From a virus: 64,000 bases of DNA. The position numbers and the translations under genes are program-made. The notes beneath the pieces are model-generated. The model did not search any database and was not told the origin of the DNA. It saw nothing but the letters and a program-made list of their open reading frames with translations. Numbering within the stretch: position 1 is the stretch's first letter; each line of letters opens with the position of its first letter. Of this stretch, positions 38,801 through 47,823 are shown piece after piece. Location of the stretch: the UHGV virus genome UHGV-1353888; one strand, 5' to 3'.

Positions 38801-41800
38801 GGCCCCCGGTGTTTTCGGAAAGCTGGAAAGCTCTCTTGAAGGACCCGGCATCTTCAACCTCAAGGGTCTTCCTGGGAAGGAAAAGGCTATCTCCATTGCT
38901 AAACAAGTTGGTCGTCTCTCCGCCTCCGCCGTTGAAGGTGGCACGGAAGAACTGGCTGATGAAGCTTTGCAGTGGGCATGGCAGACCCTTACTCAGCATG
39001 GAGAAATCCGTGAAGAAGATATTGCCAGCGAGCGGGATGTATGGAATGCCGCCAGCAAGATTTTCATCCTCGGTGCAATCGGGGGTGAAGTCGGCCACGG
39101 GATTCAGGCCATGACTGCCCTGCCTCCGGAAGCTTCCAACCGAAGAGACCAAGCCATCCAGGCTCAGACTCTCTACGGAGAAGCCATGAGGAATGCCCTG
39201 GATAGCGACGTGGAAGGTGCCAACACTACTCTGATTGAAGCATTGAAGGAAGGTCTTGACAAGAGTTCTGCCCTTGCTGATGCCGCCATCACGAGTAAGG
39301 AAGCCGCCATGTCGGTCGCCCGTAACGGGAACATCCAAGCTGACGAGAATGTCATCAACGAATGGTCCTCCATGATTAGCCAGTTGCCGGACGGCACTAG
39401 TGTTCAACTCAATAACTTCTCTGCTGAATACAGCAGGTTGAATAGGATTGGGGATGAAGCAGGTGCGGCTTCCCTGCATCAGGCTTTTGTTGAGGACATC
39501 GCGGCGAGCGATACCCTTACGGACACCCAGCGTCAGATTGCGGGGGAACTTATCCTACAGCTTACGCAGGGTACTCCCACCGCTGAGTTCGTGGAAGATG
39601 TTTCTACTCAGGTAGTTCTTCCAGAAGGCATTGAAGAGTTGGCCGCAGTTGAAGTAGAAGAAGCCCCCGCCCCGGTAACGGAAGAACTGAAGCCAGAGGG
39701 AGACCTTGTTGAGCAGGAGGTTGAGGAAGAAGTTGTTCAGATTGGGGAACGCGACTACGGGTATAATGCCCCGAACCCGGTTCCCTTTGTTCAGATGCTT
39801 TCCGATTGGTATACCAGTGAGACTCCCATTACCCCTGAGATTCGTGGGGAAATGAACGCCCTGCTTACTGACCTTGAGCTTGAAGACCCGGACATCTATG
39901 ACTTCATCACTGATGGTAAGGAAGATGTGGACCGTGCCACGGTTCGCCGACTTCTCACCGTGGCTAACATGACGGGACCCGATGGCCCCCTCGCTGTTGA
40001 TATGAAGGGGAACACTGAAATTCAGAAGGGGAATGCCCTGCTGACGGACAAGACGGTATGGAGCAAGTATGACAAGGATGTCGAGATACAGGATTCCAAC
40101 TGGGCCGCAGATGTGTTTAATATGGTGGGCGAAGGAATGCAACCTATTCAAAACGTGCTCGACGATGTTCTCAATACTGTTCAGGATGAAAGAACCCGGA
40201 ACAATATTAAAGACATTGTAGAGTTCCTTGAGGAACGTGGAGTTCCGGTGAGCGTGGCTACCATTCAGGGGGACAGCAACATTGCTGGTCTCACGATGAT
40301 GGACCCGTCCTCTCCAGAACAGCATATCGCTCTGAACTTTAGCGCGAAGAATGTAAAATCCTCCCCTGCTGATGTCCTGCTCCACGAACTAACTCACGTT
40401 CTGGACAACCATCTGAGGGAGACAGACCCCCTGTATGCAGAACGCGTAGCAAGCATCGAAGAAATTGTCCGCTCCAACTGGGCCAACATCCAGAAGGAAG
40501 CGGAACGGGTGGCTCGCACTGCTGTAACTGAGGAGGAGCAGGCTGAGATTGACCAGTTCATTGCTGAGATGGAACAGGCTTTGTTCAATAAGCAGACTGA
40601 GTTCGAGGGTGGACGTGAGTTCCTTCCTAATGTAATTACCAACCCCATCATGGGAGAGGTGATTGCACAAGGCAATCTCCCGTTTGACCAAGCTCTCGAC
40701 CAGTGGGCCTCCCCCAACAACCTTGCTCGAATCTCTCAGATTGGCAGAGGCAAGGTGAGCAGGATTGTTCATAACCTCATTAATGCTGTGTCCTCCATCC
40801 TCAAGGGTGCCCAGGTTGTTGAAGGGAAAGTTAATCCCAACGCCGCGGTTATTCGTGTGGAAGAAGGAACCCTGGCTGACCCGACAAGGATGAAGATTGT
40901 TTCTCCGAAGCTGGCTGAATACAAGCCGGGAGTTGAAGACGAGAACGTATTCATTACGGACCGCGGCGTTGATGCCGCCCTCTTCTCGTCCTCTGAGAAC
41001 TTTGTCGGAGCAGGGAAGAGACTATTCCGGACGGCGAATGTCAAGGGTGGATTCACCGCTGACAAACGTACTGGGAAAAAGGTTAAGGAATTCGCTGGTA
41101 ACTTCCAGACTTACGTTAATGAACTTGTCGCACGAAACGAACGAACCAAGCGATATGTAACTCAGCAAACGAAGGGAATGGAAGACTCCGAACGGGCTAC
41201 CGTCATCAACTCCATCGTGAACTACACGGGCGATTTGGGCAACACGCTCGACCCGAAGGTTACTCGCCGTATCTTTGCGGAGACTAACAACAAGGTCGAA
41301 CAAGCCAGGGTGGCCAGGGAGGCTGAGGTGGACGCGGCGAACAATGAGTACGCCAAGTTCATTGCGGACCGGAGGAAGGCTATCATCCAGGCGGAGGCCA
41401 GGGTGAACGCCCTTGCCGGGACTCAAGCATTGCAGAATGTTGGAGTAGCTATTACCCAAGCTGTTCAGGTAGCTAAGGAAGTCCCCCAGGTGGACGAGAA
41501 GAACCCGATGGCTGTAGCCGCGGCTCGTTTCAGGAAGGCTCAGGAAGAACTCAACCCCGTGATGAAAGAGATTTACAGCACGTTGGACGAGGATGCTAAG
41601 GCCGAAATGAACGAAGCGTATGATAAGACCATGAAGGCCATTGCGGAAGACTTGGCTCAGGACTTCGACAACCCTGCTGAAATCGTACCGGGCCTTCTCA
41701 GTATCGGTGGGCTTCAAAACGTTCCCAGTGTGGACGACTTGTCCGCAATGTTCACTTCGGTCATCAAGGCCAACAGGCTTGGATGGTTGAAGAAGGATGC

Positions 41801-44800
41801 CGATGCTGTGCGTGCCGCCAAGGATATAACCATAGCCCAGCAAGCCCGTAGAGAGCGCATAGCCCAAGCCGAAAAGAACTACCAGACGAAGGTAGGACGA
41901 GGAGGCATGAAGAATGGGGTATGGACTTCTCCTGGAACGGTATGGCTTGAGCGTGATGCGGCATTGACTGCGGAGAAGAACCGGATGGAAACGGTATACG
42001 CCATGAAGAGAAATGAAGCCCGTAAGGAACTTCTCAAATATCCTTTTGGTGCCCGCCTGCTCAATGTGCTGGATGACAACCGAAGAGCTATTGCTACCAT
42101 GGAAGCTAACCTGATGCACCGCCGCGGAGCCATTGGCCTCGGAACAAAGGTGAGGGACTTTACCTACCTTTCCCGAACGTTTGCCGCGGTAGGCAAGGAG
42201 TCCATCAACTTCCGTAAGGCTATGATGGAACTACTGGACAGCAACGGCGAAGTGAAGCCGGAGTTTACCCACCTTGTAGGTATCCTAAACAATGCAATCC
42301 AAAGCTACATGAGAGAAAACATCTCCCGTTACAACCAGGGTATTTCAGAAACCCTCGACAACATGCTTGCTATGAGCAAGGTGGCTGATGAACTTGGTCT
42401 GGACGGTAGTGAATACCTTGGCTTCAAGGGGAAGGACGTATGGAAGAATGTAAGTGAATACCTGACGAAGGACCCGGCCCTGGCTGAGAGTGCTCTGAAC
42501 ACAATCAACAATGGTCACTGGAACGAGATTGCCAAGATGAAGGATGGCTCGGTTGAACTCCGTCTCATTATCAACAAGGCGAGCCAGCTAGATAACCTGC
42601 TCGCCTCTGCTGATGGTGGGGAGAAGAGCCGACTCCGTAGCAAGATGCGTAAGGCGAAGGCAGACCTGATGAACAAGGCGGCGGAAGACTATGTGCTTTC
42701 CAGTATGGGAGTAACCGATACTGACCTCCGCTCCTTCCTCCTCGGTCTAAATTCTCCGGAACAAATCACGGAAGCATTCAAATCAACTCCTTACCTGGAC
42801 TCAAGCGTAATCTCCAACCTGATGGGAACGGACGAAAACCTCCGAACCCGCATCAGCAACACCTTGGATTATGTGAGAAAGTCCACCGCTATTGAAATGC
42901 AGAAGCAGGGGGTAAACCTGACCGCTAACCAGCGGGACATGTCCCTTCTTGCTGATGGTGAAGTAGCGGATGCCCTGATAGCTACCGCTCGGAATGTGTT
43001 CAAGGAGACCCTATCCAAGGAGCGTAACGAAGAAAACATCTTCGCCAATCGTAAGAACCTGATGGATAGTGAACTTCAAATTCTTGGAGTTCGCGGATTC
43101 AGCAATCTCACGGATGCCTTCGGTGTTATTCAAAACACCCTGTCCTCCCAGGGCAGAGCCTATGTCAACCAAGTAATTACGCATGACGTAGCAAGGAGCC
43201 TTGAGAGGCACGGGGTTGTTACCGGGGAGAGGACGAAGGAGAATACTCACCTTCTGGAATTCCAGAACAAGGCCAACCCGCTGAACGGAATGTACGCAGA
43301 AAGGGACATCGCCCTTGTCCTCTACCAAGCCATGCGACCTGACGAAGCAATTATGCGGGGTAAGGAATTTGGGAAGAAGTTACAGAGCCATTGGGGTAAC
43401 AACTGGGGAATGCTGAGAAGCATCGGTGGATTTGTTTCCATGCTGACCCTGGTCCGTACTCCCTCCGCTACCCTCCGTAACATGGCGGGGACCGTGGGGC
43501 AAAGCCTGAACGCAGGTGCTCTCCCGTTTGACAAGGGGGTTATCAAGGGATATGGAGAAGTGTACCAGCTTGCCCAGGACTTCGTTGTTGCGAACATCCT
43601 AAGTTCCGCGGGTTCCGTTGGTGTGAGAGGTGCAGTGAACAGTGAGATTATGGCGAACGCTGAGAAGCGATTCAACCAGTCCATGCAGAGGTATCGTGAC
43701 CTGGGCCTGCTCGACGCGGGCGCGGCGAACTTCATGAAGGAACAGTGGAAGCAGGGGCTTAATGAAATGAGCCAGAAAGAGGGCAGTGAAATCAGCTTGC
43801 CCGACGAGGACGCAATGTTCTCTTCGCTCGTATCGGAACTAGGAGACCGGAGCACTGCAAAGAAAGCGATGGACCTCGCCAAGCGCATTGCGTATGGTAC
43901 GTTCGTTTCGCCTATGAGCGTTGCCGCTTCTGCTTACTCCGTCCCTGACGTTATCGCCAAGATAATCCTCTTCAATGGGGAGAGCCACAAGGTAAGCAAG
44001 GTAGTGAAAGCTGAGCTCGCACAAGCTGAGAAGCTGAGTAGAGCAGGGAAGGAAGACAAGCTGACAAGCTACATGAAGGACGCTTTGGCCGCTAAGAAGG
44101 AGGGGACTCTTACTTCCTACATTGAACGTAGGGCGGCGGACAGGACGAAGAACCTTCTTCCCACGGGTGCAAGAACTCCTGACTGGGTGAATAAGGTAAG
44201 CATCTTTGGGATGCCCTTCTTCTCCTTCATGTACCACACTTGGCAGAGTGTCCCTTACAGCATTGGCTATGGGATGGAAGAACTTCGCGCCGCAAGGTTT
44301 GCAACCAATACGGCAGATAAAGTCTCCCTCTACATGGATGCCACCCAAAAGTTTGGGGGGGCTATCCTGGGCCAGTATGCTATGATGGAACTGATGCGGT
44401 TTGCCCTTCCGATTGTTACTCAAGCAATCATGGGTATGGTCACGGGTGATGACGAAGAAGACAAGATGCAGATGCTCGAAGCAAGTTCGTTTACCCGTTG
44501 GCTTGCACGGAATGCTGGACTCTCCGCGGACTACGACCAGAACGGAGAACTCTTTTTCTGGTTTGACAAGGATAATGAAACCTTCATAGTCCAGGATGGT
44601 CAGTACCTTCTGCCCTATAAGAGCCTTGGTGAAACCCTGGGTGCTATTATCAACCTTGCTGGATTGAATCCTTTCTCTGACAAGAGTGAGGCTAACCAAT
44701 TCGAGGATGACTACACCGCCCAGCTTCTGGATTATGTTCAGAGCACGGCTGGCTCTCCCTCCATGTGGATTCAAATGCTCATTGATATGGGTTCAAAGGA

Positions 44801-45608
44801 ACCCCGTCAAAGCGCAGACCTGAAACAACTGGGTGGGGTATCAGCAATCCCGGAAGCCTTTGGGAATGCCCTGCTCATGAGCTTAGGACTCCGCCCTTCT
44901 GCTGAACTTGCGGGCGGTAGGACGCTCGACTGGATGGAAAGGATAGCCACGACTGTAAAGGATAACCTCCCCCTATGGCCTACTCTGGTTCAGGGGGTGC
45001 AGACCTGGACAGGAATGAACCCGGATAGTGAAAAGGCAGGGTGGTTGTTGAAGAACCTTGGCTTCGGTGTTCGTCGCCCCAAGAATATTAATGATGTCCT
45101 CCGGGACAGTCTTGCTAAAGGTAACAAGGACCTCTCCAATTCGTTGAAGAACCAGCGCATCATGGATACCAACCTTTACACGGCTGACCTTAGCGATGCA
45201 GAGTATGACAAGATTATCGAGGCTGATAAGGCTATGGTAATTGAGCAGAGTATTTCCCTCGCTAATAGGTTCCTGGCGTTGAAGGGGTTCCTCAAGGGGA
45301 TGGGAGTCAAGGACGTTGACACGGTTCTTGAAGCATCTGCTCAGGAAGCGGGCATATCGTTGAAGGCTATGGATGACCTTATCTCTGGCCGGGCCAAAGA
45401 CTTCATCTCTAACCAGAGGTTTGACAAGATTGAAGAGACGAGAGACCGCTTGCTTAACAGGCCCGGTATCACTCCGGAAGCTAAGAAAGCCATCCTCCGC
45501 CAGTTCCAACAAGCTGAGAAGGTGTATGACATCGACGCAGTAGATATTACTTCCAGCTTGATTGAGCCGGATAATGTGGAGCAGGAGGTGAAGAGCCAGA
45601 AGAGATAG
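35838..45608 (+). CDS. giant virion-type protein (3,256 aa). Possible T7-RNAP/Pol-A-like palm motifs in the C-terminal third, a possible N4-like virion RNA polymerase
   Basis: Preferred start is the ATG at 35838, after the terminator; the track start 35754 lies inside it. Motifs at 43.1-44.5 kb: SSQGRAYV, ALPFDKG, RSTAKKAMDLAKRIAYG. HELTH at 40381. Confidence 0.7.
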   Translation: MPNDTNQEPLTYRSFGPKNPQTEYYKQLRREQSQTRWQEGRQERAQEAQQTPLSEEAKFLDTLNKIFKQEEEASYTQEQRAYTQEQRAISAEDRGIRKKEKEDSKKEKQASKRDKQIRDWLSGINTRTPGKSLGFSTEAEYEDYLTKTKPETLVDITKFKANDPEEIRRARSAVEEMGASLVLSGEHPQVAEGSFRSLEPQDKANRLLSKSKYGLTKTEDGSYVVDERFLARVNDPSTAGMRNENIARAIVNNLKSIISKEDERGRSDYLIPDVEEVTNLVRNARAKNRETYQEYEKIRERFAVPKGEEEQKAVAPEKVGEQNGGDSSRTQPTLVQHVLSEVDRFFTVNPEAMEYLNTLGAKTDEEIPGAIEDQKFREQARRGIELKDQLARAISEANPAIDLRTVRNELDDDALLYREAVSQFYGGEIPEEVSSAILNRTTQLAQQRQALVASDYAKAEKDAIAEHLKSLGLDEGVALSMGISGLTNRHIAESDTGMGTMRSAVNEALQQYQSGAGQLAASMSFGEQKGYRDPLSHMQWVNIGDGKMAYAFVDPGTNERVGNGFIVDFGNVDQQAKALGVSREAYLDNLALPFKMGNLNATDEANSLFAWDKLNGKLVENATAESTGGLAYYDNDLIERSVLRAVEAGAPAEVVDKYRENLLQLQKQNAKDMIDQMLGQYEAVANLVASDSKTLDTLFPGIRLAMKAMHNDFRDYYAENKGKMTNEEIISSFLADEQNRQGFLAITMAGAKTVARYKAAAIGASQFVSEGSRIIGLGTGDPAKYNNMWENLHKEEQAINTITTRAGGVAEWGAEIGNVLLQTAETTTTGGIGGVSGRVGTMTGRLAKLFGEAVALKAATPGTMRLGQVITKLGGGVERLVSGPGKSALTQASSRGSSLAISAKLFTDAAAPTFGEVSNATYNEEMARLAKDPETSGLSEAIRMEMAQNVATTKGSIAGIGYGIFSTILNNRAGFNRMIRKATGATTKAPGVFGKLESSLEGPGIFNLKGLPGKEKAISIAKQVGRLSASAVEGGTEELADEALQWAWQTLTQHGEIREEDIASERDVWNAASKIFILGAIGGEVGHGIQAMTALPPEASNRRDQAIQAQTLYGEAMRNALDSDVEGANTTLIEALKEGLDKSSALADAAITSKEAAMSVARNGNIQADENVINEWSSMISQLPDGTSVQLNNFSAEYSRLNRIGDEAGAASLHQAFVEDIAASDTLTDTQRQIAGELILQLTQGTPTAEFVEDVSTQVVLPEGIEELAAVEVEEAPAPVTEELKPEGDLVEQEVEEEVVQIGERDYGYNAPNPVPFVQMLSDWYTSETPITPEIRGEMNALLTDLELEDPDIYDFITDGKEDVDRATVRRLLTVANMTGPDGPLAVDMKGNTEIQKGNALLTDKTVWSKYDKDVEIQDSNWAADVFNMVGEGMQPIQNVLDDVLNTVQDERTRNNIKDIVEFLEERGVPVSVATIQGDSNIAGLTMMDPSSPEQHIALNFSAKNVKSSPADVLLHELTHVLDNHLRETDPLYAERVASIEEIVRSNWANIQKEAERVARTAVTEEEQAEIDQFIAEMEQALFNKQTEFEGGREFLPNVITNPIMGEVIAQGNLPFDQALDQWASPNNLARISQIGRGKVSRIVHNLINAVSSILKGAQVVEGKVNPNAAVIRVEEGTLADPTRMKIVSPKLAEYKPGVEDENVFITDRGVDAALFSSSENFVGAGKRLFRTANVKGGFTADKRTGKKVKEFAGNFQTYVNELVARNERTKRYVTQQTKGMEDSERATVINSIVNYTGDLGNTLDPKVTRRIFAETNNKVEQARVAREAEVDAANNEYAKFIADRRKAIIQAEARVNALAGTQALQNVGVAITQAVQVAKEVPQVDEKNPMAVAAARFRKAQEELNPVMKEIYSTLDEDAKAEMNEAYDKTMKAIAEDLAQDFDNPAEIVPGLLSIGGLQNVPSVDDLSAMFTSVIKANRLGWLKKDADAVRAAKDITIAQQARRERIAQAEKNYQTKVGRGGMKNGVWTSPGTVWLERDAALTAEKNRMETVYAMKRNEARKELLKYPFGARLLNVLDDNRRAIATMEANLMHRRGAIGLGTKVRDFTYLSRTFAAVGKESINFRKAMMELLDSNGEVKPEFTHLVGILNNAIQSYMRENISRYNQGISETLDNMLAMSKVADELGLDGSEYLGFKGKDVWKNVSEYLTKDPALAESALNTINNGHWNEIAKMKDGSVELRLIINKASQLDNLLASADGGEKSRLRSKMRKAKADLMNKAAEDYVLSSMGVTDTDLRSFLLGLNSPEQITEAFKSTPYLDSSVISNLMGTDENLRTRISNTLDYVRKSTAIEMQKQGVNLTANQRDMSLLADGEVADALIATARNVFKETLSKERNEENIFANRKNLMDSELQILGVRGFSNLTDAFGVIQNTLSSQGRAYVNQVITHDVARSLERHGVVTGERTKENTHLLEFQNKANPLNGMYAERDIALVLYQAMRPDEAIMRGKEFGKKLQSHWGNNWGMLRSIGGFVSMLTLVRTPSATLRNMAGTVGQSLNAGALPFDKGVIKGYGEVYQLAQDFVVANILSSAGSVGVRGAVNSEIMANAEKRFNQSMQRYRDLGLLDAGAANFMKEQWKQGLNEMSQKEGSEISLPDEDAMFSSLVSELGDRSTAKKAMDLAKRIAYGTFVSPMSVAASAYSVPDVIAKIILFNGESHKVSKVVKAELAQAEKLSRAGKEDKLTSYMKDALAAKKEGTLTSYIERRAADRTKNLLPTGARTPDWVNKVSIFGMPFFSFMYHTWQSVPYSIGYGMEELRAARFATNTADKVSLYMDATQKFGGAILGQYAMMELMRFALPIVTQAIMGMVTGDDEEDKMQMLEASSFTRWLARNAGLSADYDQNGELFFWFDKDNETFIVQDGQYLLPYKSLGETLGAIINLAGLNPFSDKSEANQFEDDYTAQLLDYVQSTAGSPSMWIQMLIDMGSKEPRQSADLKQLGGVSAIPEAFGNALLMSLGLRPSAELAGGRTLDWMERIATTVKDNLPLWPTLVQGVQTWTGMNPDSEKAGWLLKNLGFGVRRPKNINDVLRDSLAKGNKDLSNSLKNQRIMDTNLYTADLSDAEYDKIIEADKAMVIEQSISLANRFLALKGFLKGMGVKDVDTVLEASAQEAGISLKAMDDLISGRAKDFISNQRFDKIEETRDRLLNRPGITPEAKKAILRQFQQAEKVYDIDAVDITSSLIEPDNVEQEVKSQKR

Positions 45609-45634
45609 TAAATAAAACACAGGCATAGAACAGA

Positions 45635-45676
45635 ATACCCCCTTGACCTTCGCGGGTTAAGGGGGTATATTTTATC
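45635..45676 (+). terminator. rho-independent terminator: 10-bp stem ATACCCCCTT/AAGGGGGTAT, 14-nt loop, ATTTTAT tail
   Basis: Read directly. Confidence 0.55.
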
Positions 45677-45677
45677 C

Positions 45678-46283
45678 ATGAAGAAACTCAAACAACACTA
45701 CGGCACTATCCCCCCTGGGGGTTGGTCATTCACCATACCGCTCGAAATGAGCGAAGTGCTCGTAGGGACCAAGATGATTGCTCCGACCTTGTGGCAGTTG
45801 AAGGACGAATTGAACAAGCTGTTCATCCGTAATCAGGAAAGCTTTAATGAAACCCTGTTTGAACAGTTCATGTGCAGGGATTTGCCGGAGGACTGGTGTG
45901 AAACGTGTGGAGATGAAGGGGACCCGTGGATGGAAGAGAGACCCTTCGATGCGAAGAAGATTGCCGCCTTCTTTATTACCCTGCTCAGATGGCTACGCAA
46001 TGGGAAGAAGTTTGTGAGCAAGGAGGAAGCCCAGCGGAGGTATTCGAAGTGCCTGTCCTGTCCGTTTAGTACACGGGATGTCCCACCGAGTCTTCGCCTG
46101 GAAGGGTGCAAGAGTTGCGAGGTGGAGAAGGCCGCGAGGGGAACCATCCTGGAAGCGACGAAGAAGTATGGTTCCGTGGACGAGGGAGAGGAGGAACAGG
46201 GATTGTCTCCCCTCTATTGCAAGGTATGTGGATGCGAGTTAAGAGCCAAAGTCTGGTTTGATATACAGACCAAGTGTTGGTAA
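45678..46283 (+). CDS. Cys-rich (multi zinc-ribbon) protein (201 aa)
   Basis: CETCGDEGD, CLSCPFS, CKSCE, CKVCGCE. Confidence 0.55.
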   Translation: MKKLKQHYGTIPPGGWSFTIPLEMSEVLVGTKMIAPTLWQLKDELNKLFIRNQESFNETLFEQFMCRDLPEDWCETCGDEGDPWMEERPFDAKKIAAFFITLLRWLRNGKKFVSKEEAQRRYSKCLSCPFSTRDVPPSLRLEGCKSCEVEKAARGTILEATKKYGSVDEGEEEQGLSPLYCKVCGCELRAKVWFDIQTKCW

Positions 46284-46293
46284 GAACAAATAC

Positions 46294-46337
46294 AAAAAGC
46301 CCCGAAGAGAACTGGAAAAACTCTTCGGGGCTTTTTG
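46294..46337. terminator. bidirectional rho-independent terminator: 12-bp stem AGCCCCGAAGAG/CTCTTCGGGGCT, with A-run before and T-run after
   Basis: Lies between convergent plus-strand and minus-strand gene blocks. Confidence 0.7.
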
Positions 46338-46401
46338 ATTGACAACAATAAGTGAGGGGGCGTAACCCTCTTGACATGTTGAATATACTATATAGGGAGG
46401 A

Positions 46402-46881
46402 TTATGTCAAGGACAAAATTCCGTAGATAGGTAGACGGTGAAAGAGTTGCAGGGTGAATGGCAATCCTCTTCCTCTATCATCTATCTCAAAGATGATACC
46501 ATTCTTATAAGCGAAAAGGAAGAGGCAGGTGTCGAGAGCTTCTGATAGTTTCCTTGGTCGTGGAATGCCCTGGGGATTTTCCCTGAATAAGAGAACCATC
46601 CCCCCTTCATTCATTTCCTCCATAGCTCTGGCAAGGGAATTTTCCCACACGATAGTTGCTTCTACTTCTTCAAGCTGGGTGAGTGCAGGGATAGTATGTG
46701 TAAGGTGTTGTATATGGTTGTCCCTTAAATCCCAATCAAACATGAGGAACATAGCTGGGTGGAATTCTTTCCGGGGACATACCAGCACAGTCCCCTCCTT
46801 GCTCAGGAAAATAAAGTTTGATTCATCGTCTTTGAAACGATAGATGGTCTTAGGTGAGAGGGATAAGTGGATGTTGTTCAT
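46402..46881 (-). CDS. hypothetical protein (160 aa), paralogue of 47092-47574
   Basis: Shared CPRKEFHPAMF motif and a shared 17-nt GAACATAGCTGGGTGGA. The track start 46971 is TTG; the ATG at 46881 is preferred. Confidence 0.5.
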   Translation of the reverse strand: MNNIHLSLSPKTIYRFKDDESNFIFLSKEGTVLVCPRKEFHPAMFLMFDWDLRDNHIQHLTHTIPALTQLEEVEATIVWENSLARAMEEMNEGGMVLLFRENPQGIPRPRKLSEALDTCLFLFAYKNGIIFEIDDRGRGLPFTLQLFHRLPIYGILSLT

Positions 46882-46882
46882 A

Positions 46883-47092
46883 TTATTTCCATTCAAATTT
46901 TCCAAAGTAAAGAGAGGTGTGTAGTCCCATCGGAACAACCTGTTCTTCTGTTCTGATGAAGAAGGAATCAACGCCTCCGCCGTAGAAGATAGGGTTGCTC
47001 AAGGGTTCCTGTCTGTTGCTTGGGGTGAAGAGAATGAGTCTTCCCCAATTGTTCTGGTCCTTTAGTTCGATGATTAGTTCGTGATAGTTCAT
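46883..47092 (-). CDS. hypothetical small protein (69 aa)
   Basis: ATG ORF packed between the two paralogues. Confidence 0.35.
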   Translation of the reverse strand: MNYHELIIELKDQNNWGRLILFTPSNRQEPLSNPIFYGGGVDSFFIRTEEQVVPMGLHTSLYFGKFEWK

Positions 47093-47574
47093 TACTTTGA
47101 GGTGGGTAGAATTACTACTTTGAAAAGTTGAAGGTAGTGATGATAGGTGAAAAGGATTATGTCCATCCAGTCGTCATCCTCCTTGTTGTACAGGGTAATC
47201 CTACCATCAGGCTCAACCCGTATCACATCCAAGGTGTTCCCGCAAAGCTCCAGGGTTGGGGAAGGAACATTTTCGTATGTGCAAAACATAGACTTTGCGA
47301 ACCCGATGTCGAGTAAGGCCAGTCCCTCGTCGAAAGAAAGGGGAAGAGAAAGGATGGGGTCAATCGTCGTGCTGTGAATGTACCCATTAATATTTTCACT
47401 GCATCCCTCCTGGAGAAGTTTTTTCCTGCTAGAAAAGAACATAGCTGGGTGGAAGGACTTCCGTTCACAGGAGAATATCTTCTCGTGGTGGTTCTTGAAA
47501 ACCAGCTTGCTTGAATCCGTGGTCTCATACAAGGTGTATGGCTTGAGGATTGTTTCGATAATTGTGTCGCTCAT
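47092..47574 (-). CDS. hypothetical protein (160 aa), paralogue of 46402-46881
   Basis: CERKSFHPAMF. The track start 47679 lies inside the upstream terminator/promoter, so the ATG at 47574 is preferred (9 nt after the -10). Confidence 0.5.
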   Translation of the reverse strand: MSDTIIETILKPYTLYETTDSSKLVFKNHHEKIFSCERKSFHPAMFFSSRKKLLQEGCSENINGYIHSTTIDPILSLPLSFDEGLALLDIGFAKSMFCTYENVPSPTLELCGNTLDVIRVEPDGRITLYNKEDDDWMDIILFTYHHYLQLFKVVILPTSK

Positions 47575-47583
47575 TGTTACTGG

Positions 47584-47666
47584 ACTATAGCAGGGGAGAT
47601 TAAAATGTAAGGGGTCTCTTGTGTCATACAAAATAAAACCCCAGGAACGCGCCAACGTTCCTGGGG
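47584..47666 (-). promoter_or_regulatory. terminator hairpin (47639-47666, 11-bp stem), T tract, then promoter: box 47618-47629, -35 TTACAT (47605-47610), -10 TATAGT (47584-47589)
   Basis: Minus-strand reading: CCCCAGGAACG...CGTTCCTGGGG TTTTATTTT GTATGACACAAG AGACCCC TTACAT n15 TATAGT. Confidence 0.5.
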
Positions 47667-47823
47667 TAGGTGTATTCATGTATTAGCCGCAAAAATTTTA
47701 GTGTAACAATTCGTCAACTAGTTCGTAGCAATAGGGGGTATAAAGATGGTTGAACTCAGGTGAGGTGTTGAGTAAGTGCAGAGGGAAAGGGTTGGGTGGA
47801 GCCGATGGATTCAAGAAACTGTT

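Noticed and set aside
40381-40401. HExxH (LLHELTHVLDNH) in the giant protein as a zinc peptidase site
   Set aside because: A chance HExxH in 3,256 residues is expected at about 0.4 occurrences. The spacing of the third His does not match metzincins, and no downstream Glu helix was recognised. Kept only as a note.
35838-45608. Giant protein as a crAss-type multisubunit-like RNAP
   Set aside because: No DxDGD double-psi beta-barrel motif anywhere in the protein. The only polymerase-like motifs found are of the single-subunit (T7/Pol A) type.
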